Source: a virus (Duplodnaviria > Heunggongvirae > Uroviricota > Caudoviricetes > Demerecviridae). From it: DNA of 55,414 nucleotides. The notes beneath the pieces were generated by a model. That model was given only the letters and a program-made list of their open reading frames with translations. It ran no database searches and was not told the origin of the DNA. The stretch's first letter is position 1, and the number at the start of each line of letters is the position of its first letter. Of this stretch, positions 29,955 through 43,031 are shown piece after piece. Where the stretch lies: the IMG/VR virus record IMGVR_UViG_3300016480_000208; one strand, given 5' to 3'. The position numbers and the translations under genes were made by a program.

Positions 29955-32818
29955 TCTAGCTCAGTCCATGTAACTGACTATTCACCCTTGGAGCCTTCCG
30001 CCCTAATACGAATACGATATTCACGATATACGCCTAAACTACCTGTTACGGTTCTGTAGTCCTACTTCATATCCTACAGTAGGTAATTAAAGCTGTATAG
30101 TTTAGTAATTCGCAGGCTCCTAACGAGAGTGTTAGCCTAGTTATAAAATTCTATTACGTAGTAAAGAGGTTGTACATATTGTTCATCTGGAGTCTTATCC
30201 CAAACCAATTGTAAGTAACCACCCTAAAAGATGGAGGCCTCTCCAGGTACTCGGTTTAGTGCTCTGAACCCAGTAACAGGGTTTAAAGATTTAGCTGGGT
30301 TAATAAGCACACTCAGCATCTAAGGCTTACTTCGTACTCCGGTACTAAGCACCTACCGTACTTCAAAGGTATAGTTACCTTCTTCTAGGTTTATAAGTGG
30401 AAGAGATATCTCCGTAGCTTCTGGGTCAGCCTCAACCACATAAGGGTCGGTTTTACCACTTTGGTATACTGTGTAGTACAACACACCAGTACTCAATGAA
30501 GGCAACCACTTAAGTGTGCCGTTTAGACCTATGGAGTCCTGTGCCACAGACACATGTGGAAAGTACTGAAGGTTCCTTGGTGGCAGTACGTTAGTAGAGA
30601 TACCAGGTAGTTGGTTATCACTGTTGTCTGTTTGTGGGGAGTTAATAAACACATCCTACTCATATTCCTTTAGATTTAAACTAACCCTGCCCTACTAATC
30701 TGTAGATACAGACTCTACAAAGAAAGTTTTATTAGAGTAGTTGTACCTACTGTAGGTAATGGTTACTGGGTCGTTTGGTAGTAGGTAGAATAGATCCTAA
30801 TCTGGTCGAATGTTTTCTAACTCTCTAGAGTACCTGGACTTCCTGAGCTCCCTAGCGGCCATACTTCTAGCAGTGTAATAATTAGTTATACCTGCAAAAG
30901 CTAGGTTTAACTTTTTCTCAAGCATACTATCCTGTTGTAGGTAGTTTGCATCGTAGAAGCTAACCTGTATCTGGTTCCACATATTGGCAGGATCAGAGAT
31001 AGCCGCCCCAACCGTGTTGTACTTAGTACGGCCAGTACTATCAGTTATTTTGATACTTCCATCAATTGTCTAATCTAGGTTTATGTTCTAAACGGGCTAT
31101 CTATCTACTTCCTAGGTTAAATAGTACTGACCATTGAAGGTGGTTAGGGAAGCTTGTCCTTGAGTTAGCATAGCACTAAAGCAGTCAAAAACTGGATTGG
31201 CTGTATCAATTACCCAGTTAGTCTGTACAGAGGCCCTGTTGCCCGGAGACTAATTATCCCAGTTTAAATATCTCCAGAAAGGTACCCAAATAGGGTCATA
31301 GCTAGTATCTATTGTATCATACTATTTTGCCACCTATAGGAAGCTATTTAGGTCTATCTAGTTAAGTGGAATCTACTACCCAAATATAGAGGTTGCGTAG
31401 TCTAGTAGTTGCCAAGCTAGATTAGAGGAGGACTTGGTTTCAGTAGGGGTTAGAGAGTCATTATAGGTCTTTATCTTACGCCCCTTTACCTCGAACATAA
31501 CGTCTGGGATGTTATTCCTAGCTTCAGTGATTTCTACCCTCATCACAACGTACTACGTATCTAACAGCCTGAAATTACTATCCCAGTATTCCGGGCCAAT
31601 ATTATTGAGAGATTGTTGGTAAAATTCGCCATTCTACGCCTTAGACACTAAGATACTTGAGGCAGTCTGGTTTTTAAGACCATGATAAACCCAAAATTGA
31701 ATAGTACCATCGTCATCTTTCAATATGTAGGATTGACCATGGACGCTAGGCCCAGAAGCACCTGCTACAGGGTTTCCGCCAGCATCTACTGCCAGCTTAT
31801 TCATAGTGTCTCCATTCACCCTTTTGCGACCGAAGCACACCCGGCCTTCATCGTCCTTGTCGTCAATACAGATGAGAGGTTTATCATCTATATGAATATC
31901 CAAGAAACCTTCAATCTCACCTTCACATACAGCATACACAACCCATACAGTATTGGGGTTATTTTTATCAGTGTCTGCAAAAATAGGGATACCACCTACA
32001 AATTGGGTCCCATAAACTACTGGTAGGTACCTAGCCGCTAGATTGAAGGAGAGATCCACAGATTTTTCTACAGTTTCGTAGTATTCCACTAAGTTCATAT
32101 TCTTACCACCCAGTAAGCCAGAAAGACCCCCTCTTTTTGAGGATTGAATCTTATATCGCTTCTCTTGCTACTGGTATTTAGCCAGTATTTGAGTAGACTT
32201 ATCTGCGTGGAAGAATCCTAAATCGTCAGCGTATTCTGGTCTTTTTGCGGCCCCAGAAGGTACAAGCGTACCATCAGGGCCTGTTACTAACTACCTATGA
32301 CTAGCATCATTGGTAAATCTGCCCTATACCCGCTCAAAGTCGTAGAAGTCATTGGTGCATACCCAAGTAATTGAAGATTCCCCCATGGCTGTGTCCCTTT
32401 TGTCGCTGATGGAACCGCCCTGTATGTTTCCACGGAACCAAATCACTGGGGCATTGCCAGTCATTATTGGCTCAATCTACCCCTATTGGTTAATATATGC
32501 TTGGTGGATAGTTACTTTCTTACCTTGCAAGGAGTGGCCATCCTGTAGGAATAGGGATAGCTGCACAGTATCAAGCCCCGTTGTAACTATATTAATCTGG
32601 GAACTAGATAGCTTAGTTGTTTGGGTATATGAGGAAATAGATTTTAGTATCCCCTACTTATATAGGTTTCCTTTGAATGTTATGTCTGTCTAGTAGTCTG
32701 TGCAGTATAGTTTAGTAGTACCACCCTAAGTAGGTAGTTCCATTTCGACTAGGTTAGCAACCTTTCTATGCGGGTTCTACTAGAAAAACTACTACGCAGT
32801 AGGTAATACATTACGCAT
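29951..32818 (-). CDS. pb3: Baseplate hub / central tail protein pb3 (about 955 aa)
   Basis: GRFTNDASHR, AKRPEY.DDLGFFH, FNLAARYLPVVYG, CFGRK..NGDTM; length matches T5 after read-through. Confidence 0.93.
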
Positions 32819-33423
32819 TATATGGCCTCTCTTAGCTCAAGGGTCGCCCCCTCACTATAAAATCCGTCTGAGTTAAACGTTGGGGTAGATAGTGGGGCAG
32901 ATCTATCTTTAAAATCCATACTAAACCTAATTCCGGTAAATTTAACAGTATTCGCCGTGGTAACGGCGGTACGTAGTGTTGGGAAGAAGTCTATGATTAT
33001 GTTGCTACCACTAATCCTGAAATCAGTGATTCTATAGACCTTTTTATGATTAGAAAACTGCAACAGCATACCCTTTTTAGGTGTAGATACCATACCTGCC
33101 TATGGAAGAGTTACTGAGGTCTAGGTTGACTACTACACCGTGTAGCTATTTAACTTAAACGTGTAGTCCTCGTATTGTGGTAGCCATACCTCTAGTTTTT
33201 CATTTAGCTAGAGGGTTTTATCTATTGCCTAAGCCAGGATATTATATTCGGAAGGCAGCAAGTCAGAATACCCTAGAGTCAGTTCCCAGTAGTGTTCACC
33301 GGAAGATACAGATATTGATTTAGTATTAGGCATCCAGTCCTGAAAAACGGGCTACACGGATACTAACTCTGAGGATGAAAACCCAGGAGCCCCCGGATTA
33401 TTGATTGGATCTGGTAACAACAT
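32818..33423 (-). CDS. pb9: Distal tail protein pb9 (Dit)
   Basis: MLLPDP.NNP, WLPQYE, FSNHKKVY, LELREAI; 201 codons. Confidence 0.9.
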
Positions 33424-33469
33424 TGTTAGCTCCTAAATAGGGAATGAGACCCTTAATAAGTATAGTTAT

Positions 33470-33498
33470 ATGATACGCTATAGAATAATAATTGGCAA
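33470..33498 (-). promoter_or_regulatory. sigma70-type promoter upstream of pb9
   Basis: TTGCCA-N17-TATCAT on the minus strand. Confidence 0.65.
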
Positions 33499-33513
33499 TG
33501 ATTTTTAAAAAGT

Positions 33514-33543
33514 AAAAAGAAAGGAGGGCAATTGCCCTCCTTT
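33514..33543 (-). terminator. Terminator after the tape-measure gene
   Basis: AAAGGAGGGC-AATT-GCCCTCCTTT with a minus-strand U-tract. Confidence 0.8.
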
Positions 33544-33545
33544 AA

Positions 33546-36500
33546 TTACTTCCTATACATAGAGTAACCTTCGCTGTTAAGCTGGTACTCCATACTAGAG
33601 GCAAAAATCTGACCATTCTTTTGCAAGTATGATTGAAGGCTTTCGCTATCCAGTGCTTGTATAGTTACATTGAAATTACTGCCGTAGCTGTTGCTACTAG
33701 CTTGGTTCTAGGCCGTAATCATACCCGGGGTGTCAAAAGCCACAACTTCTGGCCCGTTTTCCCCAACAAGAACCTGGTGGTTAGCTGGAGCACGATTACC
33801 TACCGCACGAGGCTTGAAGTCAGACGCATTACCAACCCCATTACCTCCTTGAATGTACTATAGCTCCCCAGCGGAGGCGCTTCTAGAAACATCAATTCGG
33901 TTGTCTCGTTCCCCCAAGGATAGGGAGGGAACAGAAGCCTCACCAACGCTAGCAATTGCACTCCCAGACTGCTAGGACTTAAGTGCCTACTAACCCATCA
34001 ACTAGGTAGTAGCGGCCATAGCATAGCTTACTGGTGGTGGTAGAGTGGCTAGAGCCTGAGTAATACCCATAGCGGTCTGCATTACAATCTGCTCAGTCTA
34101 AGCCTTCTTCTGCGCCGCAGCCTTTTCAGCTTCTAGCTTTTGAATCTTCTTCTTAGACTCTTCAGACTTACCATCTCGCTCCTTTTCCGCAGCTATCTGT
34201 TGGTCAATACCTGAAATAGTTTGTTGAGAAGCCATGTTCAACATGGAAGCTACGGTAGACATCCCCTACGCGGCTACCTGCTACCCTGTCTATGCACCCT
34301 CACCCATCTAATGGAAAGCCAGCCCCAGATTAGAGACGTTAGCAACCATATCTGAAAATGCTGGGTTATAGGAGGAAAGTTCAGAGAAGGATTTATTAAT
34401 TGCATCCATTGCTGTCTACAATTCCTACTCCTTTAGCTACTAGTCTCCTATTTGGGTAGGCCCTTGTATTAAGGGTACTGAACCCTAGCTGCCTAACGCG
34501 TCCATGCCTAAGTTACGGTACTTAACAGATTCTGCCTGTTTTGCATTCTACTGCTGTAGCTCAAGCTCACGTAACTACATCTGTTGATCATATATTTCAG
34601 CCCTAGAAGCTTTTTCCTATTGAAGGGTCTAAATAAACTCCTTCTTAGTCTAAACTTGTTGCTATAATATGTCCAGCTCACTAAGACCCATCTCCCTACC
34701 ACGAAGCTATACCTCCTATTCTAGCGCTTCGTACTTAGATTTTACTATACCCGTCTATGCCTGCGCTTGCTCTAGTTGGTTAGCCTTGATTTCGTTTTGA
34801 ATCTATAGTGTAGATTCTTCGGTTTCACCGTATTTTATGGCTTTTTCTAGCTTTAGCTTCAGTATTTGCTCACTATCTTTTAGTAGTTGTAGCTCCTATA
34901 TAGAGCTCTAAAACCTATCCTTAGAGGTTTGAGCTAGTAACGTGTCTAGCTTTAGTGCTTCCTATTTGGATTGGGCGATCTGGGTTTCCCTATCAGAAAT
35001 AGCCCTTAGTATATCCCTCTTCTGCGACATAAGGTCTACTAGTCGGTTTTCCTACTAGGCTTGGTCTTCCGGTTTGGAGATACCCCTATTCTTCTAGTTA
35101 AGATCCTATTGGTAGCGTATCTGCTGCTCAATCAGCTTTAGTTTCTACTTTAGGGGATCCTAGTTATTTAATACAGCCTCCTAGTACTAGGTATCTGCGA
35201 GTATCTGCCTCTGCTGAGCCAGGGTCTCATTGTGGGATGCCTGCAGGGCGCGTCTCTCCGCATCAAGCTTTAATTGTTGTGCTTTTAACTCCAAGATTTT
35301 CTGTTCTGGGATTAGGTTTACTGTTTCTCCATTAGAGTTTTTAATAGTTGCCCTCTACAACTCCTCTTGGATTAGTTTAGACTGTCTAGCATTTTCCTAC
35401 ATAGCCTAAGTTTCACCCTACCCAAACTGTAGGTTTTTCTACAGGTTCTATGCGGTTACGTCGCTTTCTCTAAGACTGGTCTTAGCAAACTCAGCGTAGC
35501 TCTAAAAAGCTTTCTCCTTAGCAACCAACTCCTCAAAAGTGCTTACGCCCACTTTTGCAAACATCTTATTTAACTGTTCTGATTTTTGTTTAATGGTAGC
35601 AGAGTCCGCATTATAGTCATTTTTTAGCTAGTCTAACTGGTTTGCCGCATCTAAGGCACCCCTTAATTGAGCTAAGGGCTTTTCTATAGCCAGCTGAGTG
35701 AATTTATTCTCTAGGTCAAAACCCTGCATCACTTCTCCAGCCTCTTTTATTACCTGAGTACTGGAGTCAAACTATGCTTTAGCTCTCTACTAGGCCTGGC
35801 TAGCTTGTACAGACCCTACGGTGTACTTAGTTTGGGCCTCGGTCAATCGAATATAAGTACCTGACTGACTGGCCAGGGACATATTAAGCGAACGCATTTC
35901 AGAGTCTAATATGTTAATTGCCTGCTACGCCTTCAGCTTCTGGACAATGGAAGCTTCTTCGGAATTGTAGATCTCTTTTTGCTGCTACAGTTGCTTCTTA
36001 CGTTCTTCATACTAGTCCCGGATAACCTTCAAATCCTTAGACTCAGTCTGTAGCTTGTACACTTGAAGCATATTTCCTTTGGCCTACTATTCCTATTGTA
36101 CATCAGCCAAGGTATTAATACGTTCTGTAAGTACTTCTACCGCAGTAGGGTCCATCATCTAGTTCACCCCTTCTGCTAAAGGTCTCTAAACTTCAGATAT
36201 CCATTTTTGGCCTGACTTAACAGCTTGGTCTATATTCTACGCAAACTTTTCCCACTAAGTGGCCTTCATCAGGTCATCCAAGTACCCAAATTTCTTAGTA
36301 GATTCCTCAATTACAGCATTAGCGTATGCTTGTTGCTTCTGGTACCCACTAAGGGAGGTCGCCTACACCCCTAGCTGCTTAGCATACTTATCGTAAGCTT
36401 CGTTTAGCCTTACTGTAACACCCAGTTCGTCTAGAAGTTCAATCTCTAGCTTAGACACACCACGAATAACCCGGTTCATGGCATCGTCTAAATCTACACC

Positions 36501-38237
36501 TAGAGCCACAGAGGCACGACGCGCAGCTAGTGTAAACTGCTCAACCTGGTCTGGGGAGAATCCGTAGGCGGAAGCTTGGGATGCTTTTAGCATAGCCGAC
36601 TCAAAACCAATAGCATATCCAGTAGCTTCCTGCATAATACCTGCTAAGGTGGAAAGAGCAACACCCTGTTCCTAGCCTATAGCGTTGTTAATCTTCTCAA
36701 GCCGGTTTAGCCTGTCACCAGCCGCTAGCTGGTTATAAGCTTCAGTAAGTGCATACACGTTAGCGGCTATAGTTGCATAGATCATAGGCAGAGGGCCAGC
36801 GATTTTTGCCAAGTCCTAAAACGCCCTTGTACCACCTTTGGTACTTCTCTGAACCCCTTCAATTCCTTTAGTGGTTTTTGCCTAAGAGTCCCCGGCACCC
36901 TTGAGCCCTTCTTGTAGTTTTTCCGTGCTGGCAGCGGTCTTCTTGGTTTGTTGATCAACCTTTCTTAGTGGATCAAGTAATCTTTCTAAGGTAAGAACCA
37001 CCTCATCATTGCCCTGTCTAGCTATGTGGGTGTATTCTTCGAAGGAGGCTGAAAGCTCACTAATAGTTCCTTCCACATCCTGTATTGCTGCAACTACTCC
37101 ATCGAAGTAGTCCTACATATTAGCCCCAGTACCTATAGTTTCTAGAGAATTAGCTAAGCCCCTAGATAACTTTCTAGCCTCCGTTAGGGCGGCGTTGGTA
37201 ATGTTTATCTGCTCATTAAGTAGTTCTGTACCTGCGGCAGCATCTTCCATCCTGTCACCTAACTAGGACTACTATTTTTCTGCCTACTTAAGAGCTCTGC
37301 TATTAACCTTAATAACTAACTCTTCATTGCCCTGCTTAGTTATGTTGGTGAACTATTCGAAAGATGCCGAAAGCTTGCTAATAGGTCCTTCCACATCCTG
37401 TATTGCTGCAACTACTCCATCGAAGTAGTCCTATATATTAGCCCCAGTACCTATAGTTTCTAGAGAATTAGCTAAGCCTGTAGAGTGTTTTCTAGCCTCG
37501 GTTAGCGCAGCATTAGTAGTATTAAGTTGTTCATTAAGAAGTTCTGTACCTGCGGCAGAGTCTTCTAGCCTATCCCCAAGCTAGTTCTAGTCTTTTACTG
37601 CTTGTGTTAGAGCTATGCTATTAACCTTAATAGCTAACTATTCGAAAGATGCCGAAAGCTTGCTAACGGTTCCTTCCACCTCCTGTATTGCTGCAACCAT
37701 CCCATCAAAGTATCCCTACATGTTCGCCCCAGCACCTATGGTTTCTAGGGAGTTAGCAAAGCCTCCAGATAGCTTTATGGCCTCGGTTAGCGCAGCATTA
37801 GTAATGTTTATCTGTTCATTAAGAAGTTCAGTGCCAGCAGCAGCATCCTCCACCCTATTACTTAGCTAATCCTAGTCTTTTACTGCTTGTGTTAGAGCTA
37901 TGCTATTAACCTTAATAACTAACTCTTCGAAAGATGCCTAAAGCTTGCTAACGGTTCCTTCTACGTCCTGTATTGCTGCAACCATCCCATCGAAGTAGTC
38001 CTATATATTAGCCCCAGCACCGACTCTCTCCAGCTAGTTGGCCAAACCTACAGATAGCTTTATGGCCTCTGCAAGCGCGGTATTGGTAGTATTAAGTTGT
38101 TCATTCAGTAGCTCTGCCCCTGCCGCAGAGTCCTCTAGCCTATCCCCAAGCTAGTCCTAGTCTTTTACTGCTTGCTTTAGAGCTCTGCTATTAACCTTAA
38201 TAACTAACTCTTCAAGAAGCTTAGCATTTTTTGCCAT
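33546..38237 (-). CDS. pb2: Tape measure protein pb2 (about 1563 aa; TAG read-through)
   Basis: QEATGYAIGFESAM..ASQASAYGF, NRVIRGVSKLEIELLDELGVTVRLN; C-terminal NVTIQALDS. Confidence 0.93.
36960..38215 (-). repeat. Four tandem 285-318-bp (about 95-106 aa) repeats at the TMP N-terminus
   Basis: TTAACCTTAATA anchor at 38191, 37906, 37621, 37303. Confidence 0.85.
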
Positions 38238-38317
38238 GATTGCTCCTAAAAATAAAGCCCTGAGCCAATATAGCCTCAGGGCCCGAAATAAATATCTTTC
38301 GTAAAGTGTGGAGGAAC

Positions 38318-38737
38318 TTATTTGTTTACGGGTGCTACGCGGTTTTTCCTGGCCTGCTTGGAGGCTATGTCTCTCGCTCGCTTAATAGGCTCTTCATCGA
38401 CGATATTTATCATCTCAAGCACCTATACCCTAGAATCCTCTGGGACTTGATAGATATCTAACAAGACCATTAAATTATTGTAGTCTTTACCGGTGTATAT
38501 GGGCGCGGACATTGCTGGTACTAGGTACGTGTCCTGCATTTGATTGTAGATTTCTATCTAAGTTACTGCTTCGTAAGATAGTTCGGAGAAGTCTATGGGT
38601 TTTTTGCTCAAGTCAGGCTCTTGACCCAACTCTTCGCAGACTAGTAAGTATTTTTCCCATGTAAGACCCAGCTTAGCCTTCTAGGTTAAATACCTTCGAA
38701 GGGTCTCTCTCTAATCATGCAGTCTTTGTTTCTCGAA
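38318..38737 (-). CDS. Tail assembly chaperone extension (p138-like; probably made by frameshift)
   Basis: LTWEKYLLVCEELGQEPD, YTGKDYN; open in the +1 frame from TTT CGA of the upstream gene. Confidence 0.7.
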
Positions 38738-39119
38738 ATCGGTCTACGTTGTGAACCACCTAGGACACCCAATCTTCAAAGGGCTTCCAGTTTTCGTATA
38801 GGAATAGGGCGTTTTCTGGGCAGAATTCTACTTCTTCTTCCAAGTCCTAGTCCTCCTCCACTAGCATCCACTCCTAAATGTGCTTCAACTTAAGGCCTTT
38901 CCAGCCCTTTACAGCCGATTTTACGAAGTTTTCAGAAAACTTTTCCTAACTAAATTCTTGGTGAACTTTGTCTCCGTCAACGACCGTTACATAACCACTT
39001 CTTAAGTTGCTGGTAGTCTATTTACGGCCTTGGTATGCCAGCTCAAACTCTACCCCTGGAAATAGCTCCCAATCAAAAGCTTTGATCTTTTCAACTTTTA
39101 CTTTGTTCTACAGTAACAT
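38715..39119 (-). CDS. Tail assembly chaperone (p139-like)
   Basis: AVKGWKGL, FCPENALFL, ends DRFRETKTA; 134 codons. Confidence 0.85.
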
Positions 39120-39120
39120 C

Positions 39121-40002
39121 TTATTCCTCCCTAGGGCCCATTATTTCTATTGTATCGGTGGCCCTAAAATCCCAATAAAGGGTATTAACTGACTAAATAT
39201 TCAATCTCTTGGTGGCCAGCCCATTAACCTATCTAACACGTAAACCAGACTGAGAAACCTCGAAGTCTGTGTACATGCTATCCTACATTTCTAGCCTATC
39301 TTTAGTAACGTACTCTTGGATTACTCCCCCAAAGTTTGATTCACCAACTATCTTTGCGCCCTAAGGCACAATTAAGTCTGTATTAAAACAATTTACTTGT
39401 GAAAGTTGGGTATACTATCGTTGGAAAGTTACGGACTATCCAACCTATGAGGCTTCGTACCCTGACAGTTGTGTAATTACTGGGCCAGGGAGCATATGGT
39501 CGCCTTGAGTGTCTAGTGAGACCCCGGACAACAGAGAAGAGTCCTACTGCTACAAAGTGCGTGCAGATAGTGTAATAGTGGTTTGCCCCACCTTATCTAG
39601 CTAGAAAGGCAGGTCTATACTTTCTACCTAGCAACCAGTTAAGCAATACTACCCCGCAGGAGAGATTACATATATGGTTGCCTCTTTCTACTAGTCACCC
39701 AATTTTTCTGGATAACTTAAAACTAAACGTCTGGGCTCATATTCATGAAATCCTGCCATTCTAAAGAATACTGATTCTCTAAAACCTTTTGTGATATAGG
39801 TGGTTAGAGTTATGGAGAAGCTTGAGTACTCTCTGGCCTGTAGCTACGGTGGGGCGTAACCAAATAGGGTTTTTCTGTTTGGGCCCTACTGCCGTATTGA
39901 AGTATCCCCAGATAGCTCAGTAATTGCGTCTAGAAGAAGCCACTGGCCTTCGAAGTATAAGGCAATTTTTGCATCATAAAGAATTAGTGGGTTTCTAGTC
40001 AT
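39121..40002 (-). CDS. Minor tail / baseplate tube protein (p140 position)
   Basis: Follows pb6; about 293 codons with TAG read-through; KRLNI near the C-terminus. Confidence 0.75.
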
Positions 40003-40020
40003 TATCAGTATCCTTTAGAA

Positions 40021-40042
40021 TGTGAGGGCAGTAGCCCTCACA
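40021..40042 (-). terminator. Hairpin after the major tail gene
   Basis: TGTGAGGGC-AGTA-GCCCTCACA. Confidence 0.6.
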
Positions 40043-40047
40043 GATTA

Positions 40048-41187
40048 TTAAACTGTAGTGACAAATCCTGTTGTCAGGAATTGGTCAATCTTTGTTTTGT
40101 TGAGGTTCGGAGCCATACAGAAGCGAACTTCATCACCAGCAGCCATATCAGAACCTATACCCTTAAACTCAATGCTTAGACCCATAGCGTCTTCAGTCTG
40201 TAGTTCTGGAACTGATAGGTGGGCGGCTGGTAGGTGAACTACCACACCCGGGACCATATTGCTAGCGTAGTAGCCACCAATCATTAGCTGAATCTTAAAT
40301 GAGTTAACAGTGCCGGTCATTTGGGTTAGGAGCTTCCAAAGGTCTGAAGAACCATTGGCAACGTCATTCAAATAACACTCTAGACTACCACTAACATCCA
40401 AGCCTCCAGTAAAGTATCCAATAGGACGGTTTACACGGTTAAGGGTGCTTGGGGTCAGGTAGCTAATATTGTTAGAGATGGTAATGCTTGCTGCTGTAAT
40501 ACCAATCTGGTCGTAAGTCAGGCCACTAGGAGCGTTATTTACAACCTTCAATATAGAAAGCTTGTTCTTGATGTAAGAGTTTTGAAGTCTTACGAACTCA
40601 GCATCAGTGATACCAATAGTAGCTGGGTCAAACGGTTGAGCACCCAGAGGCTCAATCAGACCAGCGTTACCAGACCAAGTAACCCTAGCAATATCACTGA
40701 TATCTACGGAGATTTCAGCAGTATTGATCTAAAGGTCAGACGCTTTAAACCACAAAGAATCAACAAGCATATACAGGTGGGCTTTTGATAGCTCATGGTA
40801 CTGGCTATCCTTGAAAGAAACCACTTGGTTCATTTTGTCTTGGTATACACCCTTCTCTTTAGTGCCTGGGGCGTAAGGGGAACCAGAGGCCAAGCAATGC
40901 CACAGAATCTAGTCTGGGGTGCTTACGATAGCGCCAGCATCTGCTGCCTAGATAGGCTGAATGTAGTTAGAAAATGACCACTCACCTGGGTCAATAGCAT
41001 CTCTAAAACGACGAGACCCACGAGTAGGTTTGGGTCCTGCTTCATCTAGAGTTATATCAGTGTTAGTAGAAGTTTGACCGAAACTCAGGTCATCCCCTAC
41101 TAGGATTTCAAAGGTATTTGCCTTAGTGAACCCGGTGGTTACTGTGGAAACAAATACACGGGTATTACGAAGTAGTTGTACCTACAT
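40048..41187 (-). CDS. pb6: Major tail (tube) protein pb6, without the C-terminal Ig domain
   Basis: M*VQLLRNTRVFVSTV, EAGPKPTRGS, SYIKNKLSIL, YLTP..LNRVNRPIG; 379 codons. Confidence 0.95.
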
Positions 41188-41231
41188 TATTGATTATCTC
41201 CAGTATCTCCTAGACCTGTTGGTCAGAAAGA

Positions 41232-41708
41232 TCAAATTATTCTACCTTCTTCACAATATTTGAGGGTGATAGAAAGCTCACCAATGGCTATAGGTCTTAA
41301 AATACCTTCATCGGTTGTAAGTCCGCTTAAGTTGTCGATGGCTACATACCTAGTCTCGGTGGAACCATCAGGATTACTAACAGTATATTGTATACGTTCA
41401 GGCGTATCAAGAATTTTTTTAAGGTCTCTCAAGAGTAGCTGTATTTGTCGCTCTGAGTCATACTCGTCCTTGTAGTAGGCCCTAGCATACACCCTAAGGA
41501 GAGTCCAACGCACACCGCCAGGCTGGTATTCATATTCCTCAGGCCCCTAAGTGATAGTAATCATAGGGAAAGAGGTTACCTCCTGGGCTAAGTAAGATTT
41601 GGTTTGTACGTTGTTGTAGATGTTATGAAAATACTTAACACCTACGTTATCCTAGCTTAGTTCGGTTTTTATCTTAGTGGCTAGGGCTTCGCAAATATCT
41701 ACTGACAT
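41232..41708 (-). CDS. Tail terminator protein (p142-like)
   Basis: FPMITIT*GPE, TTDEGILRPIAIGE. Confidence 0.85.
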
Positions 41709-42454
41709 TATCTCCTCCAATGTTGTTTGATATCAATCTTGTATCTAGTCAGACCTAACTGGGCTGCCTATTTCTACAGCTATTCGGTGATTAGTTTTTG
41801 TGGGTTCCTCTAGGTACTGGATAGTCCTCTGTACCTAGACACCTAGGGGTCGAACACTGAGTAAGGACGAACCATGTAAGTGAAAAACACGGATAAAGTG
41901 TTATTCTTAAGAACTAGTGGTTTCAAGTCCACACTGTACTATAGCCTACCAGTACGGTATACTAGACCAGATGTACCAGGGCTTTTCATCTCAGCGACCA
42001 CATTGGATATAGTTGCCAACTTAAGGGCGTTCCTAAGATTTACCTCAGATACGAACCTACCCCTACCATCACGTAGTCCCTAGTCAGACTTTTGACCACG
42101 ATACCTACTATACTTGCCGATATGGGTTGATATTATCTATTTTTTAGTTACAGCTCTAGACTATGGCTACATACCCATAGCCTAAAGAATTCTATTCATG
42201 ACGTCTAAGTCTCCAGAAATGATAGCCTCCTAAACATTGTCTACCAACTTTTCAGTTACGGTAGGGTTATCTTTAACTGGAGTTTTGAAGTTAAAGCTCA
42301 CACTAGCTATTGATTCTTTTGGGTCTCTAGAGTCACCTAGTTTAATGGTTTCCGTTATTCTAAGGTTACCACGTTCTTTGGCTAGATCGTCGTTATACTC
42401 TTCTGGAACCTCTAGCTGCTTCACTAGCTTATCTGTAAAGAATTTACTCTACAT
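41708..42454 (-). CDS. Tail completion protein (p143-like)
   Basis: YRTGRL*YS, TYMVRPYSVFDP*VS, *RNPQKLITE*L*K*A (T5: ARNPQRLIGEAIAKAA). Confidence 0.9.
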
Positions 42455-42456
42455 AA

Positions 42457-42966
42457 TTACTTCCTATATAGGTCTAGGATAGATTTTACATGGGAGGGAA
42501 GGTAAGATACCTTATCAAAGTTTATAGCCTCACCACCCTAGGAAATCTAGGACTTGTATTCTTGCTTGTGGTAAAACTTCACCAACTCCATTACTGCGAC
42601 CTTAAGAGCTGCTAGGCCTGGAATATTCTAATTGGCAGCTGTGGTGCACACTAGCTTTATAGCACCAGACACCTCCTTAGATAATACCACCATATATCCA
42701 CGCATGACAATACCTGTCACATCGGTCAGGTTGCCATTTACGTATACTTCGGTTACCTAAGAAATACCTTCTTGGTCAATAATCATCCTGTTGTTGGGTA
42801 GTGGCAGATAGTCCTGTACTTCTACTGTGCCCTATGTAACCTCTTTTATGTTGGTATAGTCCTACACAAAGGAGTTCTACATATCAAGTAGGTTAGTCAG
42901 TTTCTACTCATCTTGCGGAGTAGTGATAGACATATACTACTTTAGTTCTGATAATGTTGCAAACAT
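42457..42966 (-). CDS. Head completion / head-tail connector protein (p144-like)
   Basis: LKVAVMELVKFYHKQEYK, GGEAINF, LPSHVKSILDLYR; 169 codons. Confidence 0.85.
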
Positions 42967-42982
42967 TTTACCTCCTTTAGAT

Positions 42983-43017
42983 AAAAAGAAAGGGAGAGAG
43001 ATTTAATCTCTCTCCCT
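42983..43017 (-). terminator. Terminator after the major capsid gene
   Basis: AGGGAGAGAGAT-TTA-ATCTCTCTCCCT with a U-tract. Confidence 0.8.
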
Positions 43018-43031
43018 ATTAGGAGTCACTA

